Of a stretch of 64,000 nt of DNA, positions 51,715 to 64,000 are shown one piece after another. The translations under genes and the position numbers were made by a program. The notes beneath the pieces are model-generated. The model saw only the letters and a program-made list of their open reading frames with translations, was not told where the DNA came from and did no database searches. Source of the stretch: Macrostomum lignano (Eukaryota); the NCBI GenBank assembly GCA_002269645.1, contig NIVC01002520.1, forward strand, positions 62,001 through 126,000, written 5' to 3'. Numbering within the stretch: the stretch's first letter is position 1; every line of letters begins with the position of its first letter.

Positions 51715-52990
51715 CCCCCCCTTATCACCTCAATGATCCATCTAGAATCGCCCATCCCCCTAAATGATCCATCTAGAATCGCCCCCCCCCCTAAATGATC
51801 CATCTAGAATCGCCCCCATCAATGATCCATCTAGAATCGCCCCCTCATATATCCATCTAGAATCGCCCCCCCCCCCTAAATGATCCATCTAGAATCGCCC
51901 CCCCCCAATGATCCATCTAGAATCGCCCCCCTCAATGATCCATTTAGAATCGCCCCCCTCAATGATCCATCTAGAATCGCCCCCCCCCCGAAATGATCCA
52001 TCTAGAATCGCCCCCCCTCAATGATCCATCTGGAATCGCCCCCCCCCCTAAATGATCCATCTAGAATCGCCCCCTCAATGATCCATTTAGAATCGCCCCC
52101 CTCAATGATCCATCTAGAATCGCCCCCCCCCTAAATGATCCATCTAGAATCGCCCCCCTCAAATATCCATCTAGAATCGCCCCCCTCAATGATCCATCTA
52201 GAATCGCCCCCCCCCCTAAATGATCCATCTAGAATCGCCCCCATCAATGATCCATCTAGAATCGCCCCCCTCAATGATCCATCTAGAATCGCCCCCCTCA
52301 ATGATCCATCTGGAATCGCCCCCCTCAATGATCCATCTAGAATCGCCCCCTCATATATCCATCTAGAATCGCCCCCCCCTAAATGATCCATCTGGAATCG
52401 CCCCCCCCCTAAATGATCCATCTGGAATCGCCCCCCCCCTCAATGATCCATCTAGAATCGCCCCCCTCAATTATCCATCTAGAAACGTCCCCCTAAATGA
52501 TCCATCTGGAATCGCCCCCTCAATGATCAATCTAGAATCGCCCCCATCAATTATCCATCTAGAATCGCCCCCCCCAATGATCCATCTAGAATCTAGAATC
52601 GCCCCCTCCCCTAAATGATCCATCTAGAATCGCCCCCCTCCACTAAATGATCCATCTAGAATCGCCCCCCCCCCTAAATGATCAATCTAGAATCGCCCCC
52701 CTCAATGATCCATCTAGAATCGCCCCCCCCCCTAAATGATCCATCTAGAATCGCCCCGTCTCAATGATCCATCTAGAATCCCCCCCTCAATGATCCATCT
52801 AGAATCCCCCCTCAATGATCCATCTAGAATCCCCCCCCTCAATGATCCATCTGGAATCCCCCCCCTCAATGATCCATCTAGAATCCCCCCTCAATTATCC
52901 ATCTAGAATCCCCCCCTCAATTATCCATCTAGAATCCCCCCTCAATTATCCATCTAGATTTGCCCCCAATGATCCATCTAGAATCGCCCC
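51715..52990. repeat. About 28-33-bp minisatellite with a variable poly-C tract, about 40 copies
   Basis: AATGATCCATCTAGAATCG(C)nT(C/A) units. Confidence 0.95.
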
Positions 52991-54427
52991 ATATCATACA
53001 TTCTGTTTCGCCTTTTATCCCTTCACTTCGATCCATGTCTTTATGCTACTGTTAATTGCGTAACGACAAACTTGGAGATCAAAGGATTTTTGTTATAGTT
53101 TAGAGTTTTGAATTGATTGTAACAAATTTGCACGAGAGTAGAAATAATCAATTAAAAACGGTATTCTTACTAGTAAAGCTAACAGTTTTGCGTTTAATTG
53201 CTATGCTTTTTTTCGTTTCGATTGATACCTGTGGTGTTTATGTAATTACAGTTATTTTTTATTTGATAAATTTAACAGATACTTAATATCGAAGTTATTT
53301 AATTAAATAGACTGTCATGTACTTATTGAGCTGTTGAGCATATCGTCAATGATATTGCCCGTGGTGCTAACCCGCTAGCAATGGTATTCACTAATGTAAT
53401 ATGTAGAAGAAGTAACTGATAAGTGTAATGCACTCACTGTACATGTGTATGCACTTGTGAGGAATAATTATTGTAGGATAAGTCAACTGCTCAAATTGAA
53501 TCTATTTGCTGTGTTGTTAAAAGCGGCTTAGTCTAATTTACATAATCTTGCCATCTAATCGTTCAGAAATTTCTTGCATAAATAGGAACAGTCAAGACAT
53601 GCAATTGTCGGCTTTTTGTTTCTAAAATTTGAAAATGCTATTAGGGTATTTTTCTGCCCTATTATATACTGGCTACTTTAAAAACAACTATCGAATTCGT
53701 GAGTTTTTATAATTTTAGCTACACTATTAATGACTAACACTCATACATGTAGTTTATTGATTTTTTGTCTAAACATCCGCTACCTATCTATATAAAGTTC
53801 AGACGATTGCCGAGTTTATTATATTGCTTTGTAACTGCATTGCATGTGCGCTGTCAGTTTTTAAGACAGTTGTTTTAGTTCACTTTATTTTTCCCTTCAG
53901 TTAATAAGCTGCAGATAATTAATAAATACATGCATACTTACGCGAGCCAATTAAGCATTAGTCAAGAGTTTGCTTTACTTGCTAGTTGTAAGTCTCAATA
54001 ATTATATTTCGCGTTAGTCAGTTCTTGTAATTTTTTAAACAGTTTTAAGCCTTAATCAAAGAACAGAATCGAAAATACTCGCTCGCCGGAGTAAAATAAA
54101 AAAACGCAATTTAACGTGTACATGTAATGTATCCTTACGACTACGAGCTCTTATTCAAAGCTGATATTGCGCAACAGCAACAGTTAAATCGTTAAATTTA
54201 CGATTTTGTTAAATGAACTGACGCATTTCTTAAAGAATTCAATTTTTCATATTTTCTTTCGTCAGTGCATTTCTTTAATTGACTGACATTACCACATGAA
54301 TTTTCCAACCCAGATGACGGACTTGACTAGCAAATTTTGTTCCGACTGCTACAGATAAAGGCCTGCATTAAAAATATTACGAGTGATTCGTTGGTGTCCA
54401 CTGTATTAAAGATTTGACATTCTATAT

Positions 54428-54733
54428 TGGTTGCTAGAATAACTCGAGATGAAAGACAAACTATATGCTGCGCTATTGAAACGATGAAAAACGAAAAGGG
54501 GCTCTTGAGCGAGATGCTCTGGGTCGATATATTTAATGAGCTGAGTGAAAGCGTACAATACACGTGAGCGTAATGTGGGGTGGGGCGATCAGTGAAGAAT
54601 GAAAGTGGTGCGATCAATAATTAGGGACTGTACGTATGAGCAAAATAAATATGTTAGCCTAATTGAACGTACATGTAGCTATTGCAAACGAAAAGTTTAA
54701 GAAATACCACGAGACAGTGGCAGCTCCAGAACA
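54428..54733 (-). repeat. 3' LTR of the BEL/Pao element
   Basis: I found no differences from the 5' LTR. Preceded on minus by the PPT GGTGGGGGGTA (54744-54734). Confidence 0.97.
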
Positions 54734-55352
54734 TACCCCCCACCTTGACATGTCTATGGCAAAAACAAAATAATGATGCAAAAATGTAATTTTGAAAATG
54801 AGTGGCAGTGGAAGCAAAACCTATGAGATAAAGATGCAGAAAAAGTTATAACGCAGAACTTACGCAATTCGTACTTGTACAAAACTTGACTAAACAAAAT
54901 TGTCTTGGTGGGCTCTGTTACAGTAACGAAAAATGTAGAAAAAAAAGAAACGCGCTTGAGTTCGAAAACATAAACTGCAGTTGTAGCATTTCACGAAAAA
55001 AGATTTTAAGACGATCAACCCATTACCAGAGAGTGATGTGATTACAAGACAAAGGACAACGTGAAATCGCGATGCAACATGGTTAAATTTGGATTACGAT
55101 ATAAATAATAATCGATTCAAAAAATTAACAACCTAAATTACGAAGGCAAACACCAAACTCAAAATTTAAACATGACTGAAATAAACGTATTTGACAAACA
55201 AACAAAATAAAACTAAGTAATCATTCGCATACCGAAAAAACACTGTCTAGAAAGCGACAAAAATGATAATGACAAAATGACGAAAACGAAAATACGAATC
55301 GACACAGGGATTAACAGTTACAGTCCATCGATCAGTGAGTCATAGTCAGCCT

Positions 55353-58300
55353 TCAATCAGTAATCAATGGGCACAGTCTGTTGATTGGCCGCGTCAGAAC
55401 CTTGTCCGCCAGCTGCACTTTTACTACTCGAACATGGCCGTCTCGACCCGGGTACACCTCCAGGACTCGAGCCAGTGGCCAATGACCCGAGGGCTGTCCG
55501 GACAGACATACAGCACGACGTCCCCAGGCTTGAGGTCGGGCTGCTCTCGCCGCCATTTGGTTCTCGCACCGAGGCCGGGCAGCCACTCTCGAAGCCATCG
55601 CCGCCAAAACGACTGCACCAGCCGCTGCACGTAGCGCCACCGCTTGGTTGGGTTGAACACCTCGTCAGCCGAGATCTCCGGTGCCAGCTGTCCGCCAACG
55701 TGCCCGTACAGGAAGTGCGCTGGCGTCAGGACCGGATCGTCACCAGGATGGGACGACTGGTAGGTCAAAGGCCGTGAGTTCAGCAGCAACTCTGCTCCGG
55801 TAAATGCTGTTACAAGCTGCTCATCGCTGACTTCTGCCGATCTCAGGATCGCGTTTATCGCTCTCTTTGCTGATTTTATCATTGACTCATGCACGCCGCC
55901 GAAGTGCGGAGCCGCGGGCGGATTAAAGTGCCACTTGATCGGTACGTGAGATGTGCGTGACTGCAATGCGTTCTTGTCCATCGACTTGCACAGCTCCTTT
56001 AGTTCTCTATCCGCACCAACAAAATTAGTTCCATTGTCTGAGAAGATTTCCAGAACTTGACCTCGGCGATTGATCATGCGAAACAACGCGTTTAGGAAGC
56101 TGCTTGCATCAAGGCCGTACGCCATTTCTAAATGAACTGCACGCGTTGCCATACAAGTGAAGAGCGCAAAGTACCGCTTCTGACGCACACGTCCCCGACC
56201 CTGTTTCGTCAGGAATGGACCTCCGAAATCTATTGATACTTTCGTAAATGCTCTCAACGGTTCTAGCCGACTGGGAGGCAGTGGTGCCATCAACTGCGAA
56301 GCTGGCTGTGCCTTTCTTCTCCTGCACTCAGCACACTTGACTTCCCAAGCTCGGATGGCCTCTCGGGCAGCTGGGATCCAAAATCGAGCAGTCACTGCAG
56401 CAAGTACTTGATTGGTGCCCGCGTGATACGCTTTTTCGTGATGGTGCTTGATTATCAATTCTGTCACGTGATGGCACTTTGGCAAGATGATTGGTGATCT
56501 GATACTAACCGGCAATGCTTCGGCCAACTGTAGACGACTCTCTGAGCGAAGAACGTCGCTAGGATCGAGTCTGGGATGCATTCTAGCCAGCTTGCTGCTC
56601 TCAGAAACGCTATTGTTCTTCCTCAAGGCGGAAAGCTCCGTGCTGAATGCATCTTGCTGCACATCCTTGATGATTCTTAACTCCGCGTCTTCTAGCTCCG
56701 ACGCCTGCAGCTCTCCTCGAGTTCGGTACTGTGGTTCGAAGCGACAATTGTTGGAAAATCTGCTAATCCAGGCATTTACCCTCAGGAATTTCATCCAGCT
56801 GGAGAACTTGCTCGGATCAAGCCGCTCTACTTGATGCTTTCTTTGCTCGCTGGTGACCATTGTTGCAGACATGACCGTTTCGGACGGGACTGAATCTTTC
56901 GCCGAACCTTTCGTCTCCAGGTCTGCTGGTCGCTCCAACCTGGTACTTGGCCACTTGTAATCGTCATGATGTAAAAACTCTGGACCGTTTTTCCATTTCT
57001 GATCCTCGGCCAGCTGAGTTATCGTTGCGCCTCTTGACAGCAGATCGGCAGGATTGCACGCCGTTGGCACGTGTCTCCACTGGTTCGGATCAGTTGCCTG
57101 CTGGATTTCTCCGATGCGATTCGCAACGAACGGTTTAAAGAAGCGTCCTCTTCCACGAATCCAAAACAGAACGTTCATGCTGTCCGACCAGAATACCGCA
57201 TCTTTGATGTTCATCTCTAGTGCCTTGGCAATCTTGACCGCTAGATTCAGCCCAATGACCGCTGCCATCAGCTCCAGCCTCGGAATGCTCATAGTTGCTA
57301 TGGGTGCAACTCGAGACTTGGCAGCGATGAGCCGAACGGATATCGAGGCGTCGGTGTACTTGCATCGTAGATAACACACTGCTCCGTAGGCCTTCTCCGA
57401 AGCATCGACAAAGCAGTGAAGCTGAGACTGCGTAGGTACGCAAGAGAACTGCAGACAGCGATAAACTCGAAAGCAGTTCAGCTTCGTCAGGTCAGCACAC
57501 CATGCTTGAATCCTCCTTTGCAGAGCCTCGTCCGGCGCTTCATCCCAATCAAGGCCGCTGCACCAGAGCTCCTGCAGTAGTATCTTTGCCTGCGCGGTGA
57601 AAGGTGCTATCAATCCGAGAGGATCGTACATTGAAGCCAATCTCTTTAGCAGATCCTCTTTGACTTGACTGGTCTCAGCTCGCTATCAGCAACAAAGGTG
57701 AATTCATCGTCCTCACTTTTCCAGACTACTCCAAGCGTCTTCGAAACTGGCAACGGCTGACCATCCAGGCTCACCTCCGCGACTCTATCCTCTGGTGCTA
57801 CACACGCAAGCAATGCTCTCGAGTTTGAAATCCACTTCCTAGCGTGCATACCAGCTCGCTCCCACAATTGGCTCAGCTCCTGATACAACTGAATAGCCTC
57901 TGAATCAGTCTTCTTCGAATCCAGGCAGTCATCCATGTAAGTTGACTGGAGCACTGTTTCTGCGGCCGATGGAAACTCCTGCTTCAGCTTCTTTGCGTGC
58001 TCCTGAGTCACGAATTGCGCCAGAAATGGTGAGCTCGTTGCTCCAAAAACCACTCGGTTGAACTCGAATGTCTGTGGTACCTTTGTCGGATCCATGTCCC
58101 GCCACAGAAAGCTGTGCGCTGCCCGATCTTCTGGTGCGATCGCGATTTGCAAGTACATTTCAGAAATGTCGCAAGCAACCGCCACTGGATGCCTCCTGAA
58201 GCGCAGGAGCACATCAACCAGATCTTTCTGAAGCTTCGGTCCTGCCAGCATCAGGCTATTCAACGACTCCTCACCGCCAGCTGAAGCATCAAAGACGATG

Positions 58301-60885
58301 CGCACCTTGGTAGTTGCCTTATCCATTCGAACCACTGGGAAATGAGGAAGGTGATACCTGTTCGCTGGTTGTTGCTCATGCTCCGGTACTCTTCTGATGT
58401 AGCCAACATTTTCGTAGCGACTGATGACGTCCTGATACTGCTTTGCTAGATCCGGATCTTTGCGGAGCCTAATCTCGGTATTTGCAAGCCGCCTGATAGC
58501 CATTTCAAAGTTGCTATCTTTAAACGTGACATCCGGTTTCCACGGAATGCCAACTTGGTATCGCCCATCGAAGAACTTTAGCGATGATCGAGTTCTTTCC
58601 AAAGCGAGCTGCTCTGCATTAGTAAATGAAGATGGTTCGATGCTTCTCACCTCTTCTACTTCCCAAAACTGGCGTAACAGTGGCGCTAGATTCTCAGACC
58701 CGCCTCGGCTGAAGAAAGTGTTTGCAAACAACGCGTGCTCCGAAGCTCCATCAACTCTACCGATACAAGTCCAACCTAAAGGTGTCAGCCGTGCTTGCGG
58801 ATCTCCTGGGTTGCCGGTCACTTCCAACCGTGATGCATGCAAGTCTGGATGATCGACTCCGATCAGCAAGTCAACCTCCGCTGGCGTTTGCATTCTTGGA
58901 AACGGAATGTTTGCTAAGTGCGACCATTTCGACGCCAATTCTTGCCAATCTACTACTTCCATGTTCCCTGTCACTCTATCTACCGTCAGCGCAGTAATCT
59001 CCTTGCTTATTTGGCCGTCAGTACTCTCCAAGGTGCATGACACTGGTGCTGTTATGAAGGTTTCCACCTGTCCGTTCAACACGTTTACCTGCATTGATTC
59101 CTGTTTTCCGTGCAGGCCAAGCTTGGATGCTATCGCCGTATTCAAATAGGTCTTTGTGCTGGCGTCATCAAGTAAGGCATTGACCTTCACCGCTCGCCTA
59201 TTCGCCTTAAGAATGACCGGAACCGTTCGAAGTGAAACCGCACTGGCTTCTCTAGCGACCATTGTCACGGTTGCAGCTTTCGGCTTCGACTGCATTTCTT
59301 GCTCAGCACCGACTTTGACTTCTGACTTCTCTTTCGATTCCGACCTTGCTGTCGAATGCAGCAGACGATGGTGGGATTTGGTGCATCCATCAACGCCGCA
59401 CTTTCGACCTCGTCGGCAGTTCATACCGTTGTGACCATGGCCAAGACAGCGGAAACAGGCTTTGGCTTCCTGAGCAGCCTTCCATCTGTTCTCAGACGAC
59501 AGTTTCCCGAATGCGGGACACTTCCATAGATCGTGCGCCTCCTTGCAGACTACACAGGAGTAGCTCCCCTTGCTTGAGCTCTTGCTTAGCTGTGCTACAT
59601 GGAAGGCCTTCTGCTTGCTGTCCTTTCTTGGTTGCTCCTGACTCGATGCGGCCACCCCGTACACAATTTCTGCTGCCTCAGTCCGGAACTCTGCCTCACG
59701 CAAAACCCACTCTCGAAGGGTCCTAACGCCTTCTGCTTTCGCCTTCTCGAAGATCCATCGTCGAAATGCTGCGACCATCGGCTCTGGTAACTTTTTTTGC
59801 AATCTAGCATAAAGCAGTCCATCACTAAGTTCGGAGTTCTTACCAGCTTCTTCCAAATTAATTACAGCCACATCGAGGATGTTCGCGAATTTCTTCAGCT
59901 CCTCGGCACTATTCTGCTTCACGGGTGGAAAACTATCTAGCTCTTCCAAGTAGTGCGCCAACTGTCGTCGCTTGCCGCCGTACTCACGCTCCAATCTCTC
60001 CTTGGCCGCCTGATAGGCAGCAGCCGAATGACCCAAGTGCTCTATTACCTTCAGCGCTGATCCACGCAAATACTGACGCAACTGCAGCAGTTTGAACTCT
60101 GGTGTTGCTGGAGCCCTATCGATGCAAGCCATGAAGGCAGCCTTCCACGCTTCATACTGTTGCTTGTCGCCATAGAATGTTGGAATCTCCACTCTGCGCA
60201 ACATCTTCCAGAGATCCTTCGACAGCTCTTGCTCCGAAGAGTTGCCGAGCCTGCATTCGTCTACTGATTCAGAAGAGCTTGTTCGATCCTCCGCTCTCAT
60301 CTCGAAACCCGCATGCTGATTTGAAGAAGGCAGGTAGCCAAACTCACCTAGGTCTCTGTAGGGCCTCTGCTGTCTCTGTCCTCGCATGAAGTCCGGCTCT
60401 GCAACACTGAATCCGATTTGCCGATCTAGATTGACTGCACCCAGCGATTGGGCTGTCGCTGCCGCCGACTCTGCCGCCGGCTCTGCTGCCGACGCTGCCG
60501 CTGTCTCCTGAGGAACTTGTGCCGCTGCAGATGGTGACTGCTGAGTTGCTAGGAAACGCTGGACCTCTCGCATGCTGACGCGGTAGTCCTCCTCGACGGT
60601 TTCTATTTCATCGAGCAGCCGAGAGTGCTGTGCTGCGTCGCTGTTGTTTCGTTGCAACTCGTCGCTCAACTCATACAGCGCCTCGATTGTTCCCTCGAAG
60701 ATCTCGGTTACGGCTTCGCATTGGTGCTGAATTTCGCTCTTGTCAGAACCGTCTTGTAATAGCCAGGCCAGTTTATTTCGATTCTTGGTCAGCGCAGACT
60801 TGAACTTGGTCTTTTGTCGCCTCAGAGCATTCAGCGAAGCAACATCGGGCTCTGGCGCTTGCTTCTGTTTTTCGTCGTCGCTCAT
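55353..60885 (-). CDS. BEL/Pao gag-pol polyprotein, interrupted by two 1-nt frameshifts (about 57660 and about 55493)
   Basis: Gag EIPTFYGD (DUF1759-like), three Cys/His knuckles (CVVCKEAHDLWKC, CFRCLGHGHNGMNC, CGVDGCTKSHHRLLH), protease LLDDAS, RT VRIVFDAS/CDISEMY/YMDD, RNase H LHCFVDASEKAYG, integrase HHCC plus SIDFGGP/SDNGTNF/GVHESMIK. Confidence 0.93.
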
Positions 60886-60929
60886 ACTGATCTAACAGAC
60901 TATTGGACACGATGTACTGTGGCTTGAGT

Positions 60930-60947
60930 AACCACGCTCTGCTACCA
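60930..60947 (-). other. Primer binding site complementary to tRNA-iMet
   Basis: TGGTAGCAGAGCGTGGTT. The first 11 nt complement the conserved eukaryotic initiator tRNA 3' end CUCUGCUACCA. Confidence 0.85.
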
Positions 60948-60949
60948 AA

Positions 60950-61255
60950 TGGTTGCTAGAATAACTCGAGATGAAAGACAAACTATATGCTGCGCTATTG
61001 AAACGATGAAAAACGAAAAGGGGCTCTTGAGCGAGATGCTCTGGGTCGATATATTTAATGAGCTGAGTGAAAGCGTACAATACACGTGAGCGTAATGTGG
61101 GGTGGGGCGATCAGTGAAGAATGAAAGTGGTGCGATCAATAATTAGGGACTGTACGTATGAGCAAAATAAATATGTTAGCCTAATTGAACGTACATGTAG
61201 CTATTGCAAACGAAAAGTTTAAGAAATACCACGAGACAGTGGCAGCTCCAGAACA
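60950..61255 (-). repeat. 5' LTR of the BEL/Pao element
   Basis: TGTTCTGGAGC...CTAGCAACCA on minus, followed by TT and the PBS. Confidence 0.97.
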
Positions 61256-61895
61256 TATATAATGACAGGCGTATTCTCTGCTTACCCGATATTAGTTTTT
61301 AACCTGTCGAAAACGATTCCTTCAAGCCGGCAATAGCAAGAAAAAACAAATGAAATTATAGTTATGCACATTTATTATGTAAAGTAAAACAGATCAACCA
61401 AAATTCAAAAGATTTATTTTTTAATTCTAAGTAATTTATATTATGCAAATAATATTATATCAAACACTTAATATGTTCTAAGAAATCACTCTCATCATCA
61501 CGGCTGACTAATTCGAGTTCGAATCGAGTTGATTGAGTATATTGTGATTGTAAACCCCAGCTGTCAGTGTAGTCAGCGTATTCGAAGTATTACTTTTGAA
61601 ATTATTAAGAACACTCGGAATTGAATAGAACATTTTCATTTAACTTTTATCTTTGTAAACCGAGTATAGTGATGAAAAACTTTTATTCAGAAAAATTTAT
61701 GTAGAACCTAGCTGCCAGTGTAGTGTCTTAACTCGGAATTTGATTTTCTTTGTCTCGTATTGTAGCATTTGTAGGCACATGCCTAGGCCCTAGCCTAGTA
61801 GACGTACAGGCTGTTTTGGTTTGACTTTAGAACTTTCTTCAGTTCACAAACCTGAAAGCTGGCAAAAGTAGATTATCATTTAATAACACAGAAAC

Positions 61896-62061
61896 ATGGC
61901 GAACATTTCCCCTGTGTATAGTGTTTCCCTTGCTATTAAGCAAGAAATCCAACGCTTCGAAAGTGTTCATCCTAGTATTTATGCCATTTATGATTTGATT
62001 GAAGCAATAGATGATCGTGAACTACAAGACAGTATTCGTGATCATGTTGTTTGCATTGAAG
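61896..62061 (+). CDS. AGAP: First coding exon of an AGAP/centaurin-gamma (ArfGAP with GTPase domain) gene; the rest lies beyond the window
   Basis: [55 protein letters not shown] matches the AGAP1/3 N-terminus ([24 protein letters not shown]...QIREHVIAIED). Phase-1 donor G|gtaagc. Confidence 0.9.
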
Positions 62062-64000
62062 GTAAGCTGAAGTTGAGGTTTTATATAAGTTGCTATATTT
62101 TTTATTTTTTTAGTTTCACTACTCAACTTTACACAGTATATAATTGTAAGGACTTCAGTGAGATGCACAGTAATTATGACAAAGTTAAAATGTCAAAAGA
62201 CCATTTTCCTAATATTTTAAAACTATAGTCATAGAATAGATTAGCCGTAAGTATAACTATAAGTGTTGCAAAGAAAAACAGATAATAAATTAGAAATTTG
62301 GCCTATTTTATAAAACTTCTTGGCACTCGTTATTTTAACAGTAACTAAAATAAATAAATACTGGTTTAATATACTTTAGAACTTATAGCTAGGTATCACA
62401 TTTGTGATTTGACTAGCCACAAATCTATCCTTTTAAAGGCAAGTAAATTGCATTTTTAAGAACCCTGTGTACTTTGCATTATTAGGCCTAAAAGTATGAG
62501 CTAATTAAAAAATGCAAAGCTATATGCATATCAATCATGCCTAAAATCCATGAGTTAGTTTAAACTTATTATGCAAATAAAATATATAAAGACAAATATT
62601 GAGTAGTCCATGATAAGAAAACTATTTTTAAGGTTTTTTTTTAGTTACCATGTGGCATGTAAATAACACTAGCAATAATTACACAATACTATGCAAATAA
62701 CAATTGCCAAACTTCTTTCATAGTTTCAAAGGCTCCTATTAAGGCTATAGTTGACAATTTTTTGTCTGTTATTAGTTTGTTTACCACTCTTTTGTTTGCA
62801 AAAATACAATGCAATCATATGTGTAGGTTTCCCAACAAATATTCTCCTAATAGATATTTTTTCCTTGGAACCAATAATGCAAACAAAAAATTAATTAATG
62901 TTTTGACATATACTCCTTATTTTAACCCATAGTTTTGAACACTCTGAATGCACTATAGACTAAAATCTCCTACAATTTATTTGGTGCGCCAGTGTATACC
63001 AATTTTTTTCAACCCAAAAAACAGGGCTTATTATAAGGGTAATTCCACGAGATGACGGTCATTGGGTTGGAGCAAATAATAATCAGTAATCATACAAAAG
63101 ACAAACTAAATTGAGACTTTGTGAGTTCTATATTTATGGGCGTGACCTCTAGATTGAGATGAGATACATTTTAAAGTCATTTGTCTTACTGTGTTGATTT
63201 AGCAGAGAGAACTTTCGATGACGGTCATTTTTAGTGAAAGTTTATGTATCCAACTTTATAACTTAAGTTTAAGATTCCTGCGAATCAGGCAAGTTTTTGT
63301 CTCAATTGATCATTAATTGTAGTAAACAATAGCTAGATGAATGGTTACAAACAATTATTACATTTTAGTAGATAACTTTAACTGTGTTGCACATTTTTTT
63401 TTAAATGACGGTTGTTGACTGACGGTCATTTGTTTCAAAAAAACGACCTTCAGTTTTAAAAAGTGTATTAGGATTCTCTATTTTTAGATACAATCTTGGT
63501 TAAAAGATTGTTTATAATCCATAGTTGTTCATATAAAAACTATAACTTGCTTGTCTAACCATAAAATTTATTATACCTGTTTCATATTTCAGATCAAACG
63601 TACTTATGCACCTTCAACAAAAACATCACTTCATGATTGCACAACTCAACATATGATCATAAAGATAGACAGTCCTAATCTATTCAAGAATTCAAAGAAT
63701 AGAATATAACAATTAACAAAAGCAAAGGCAAATACAGATTATTTGTTAGGCAGTAAGCAATAGCACCAATGGATAATAAAAACTTGAGTCTAGTTAGACT
63801 ACTTATGCTGAAGATTGGGGCATGTGTTAAGGTGCATTGCAAACTAAAGTAGAGAGTTCTAGGTGCATGGTTAGTAATTGGAACAACCTTTTTAATAGCA
63901 GGTTGAAAATGATTTTAAGGTATCAAACAAGTAATTGACAGTATACATTTTTAATAAAAGACTTGAATTCCACTATATTTTTCTTTACAATCAAAACTGT

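Larger units (their letters stand above)
54428..61255 (-). mobile_element. Full-length BEL/Pao LTR retrotransposon (6828 bp)
   Basis: Identical 306-bp LTRs (TG...CA on minus), 5-bp TSD TATAT (54423-54427 and 61256-61260), PBS, PPT, and gag-PR-RT-RH-IN order. Confidence 0.97.

Noticed and set aside
49185-52990. Regularly spaced repeats that could look like CRISPR arrays (also 10558-10860, 29855-30690)
   Set aside because: The units are contiguous with no unique spacers, there are no cas genes, and the context is eukaryotic.
57640-57670. Programmed ribosomal frameshift between the two BEL ORFs
   Set aside because: The break lies inside pol between RT and RNase H, with no slippery heptamer. 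A 1-nt loss in a G run explains it.

Overview
Eukaryotic (invertebrate metazoan) genomic window with spliceosomal genes. GC-rich exons sit in AT-rich, satellite-laden introns, which is reminiscent of a free-living flatworm such as Macrostomum (inference, not confirmed). Genes I can assemble with consistent splice phases: a 9-exon LRR/EF-hand gene (LRRC74-like, minus, 4403-22177) hosting an opposite-strand two-exon ankyrin-repeat + TRPM-type channel gene (13373-16856) in intron 6; two tandem Cys-rich caveolin-like paralogs with nearby RFX X-box motifs (one uses a GC-AG intron filled with (GATA)n); tRNA-Glu(CTC); an alpha-tubulin; a 5-exon NMNAT; a divergent SLC25/MTCH-like ORF; and the first coding exon of an AGAP/centaurin-gamma gene. 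Mobile DNA: a complete BEL/Pao LTR retrotransposon (identical 306-bp LTRs, TATAT TSD, tRNA-iMet PBS, PPT), two degraded LINE fragments, two copies of a tRNA-derived SINE, MITE-like elements and a head-to-tail 2.9-kb Helitron-like dimer carrying long polypyrimidine tracts. At least a dozen different micro/minisatellite arrays are present. No CRISPR array. The most unusual item is the ankyrin-TRPM domain architecture.
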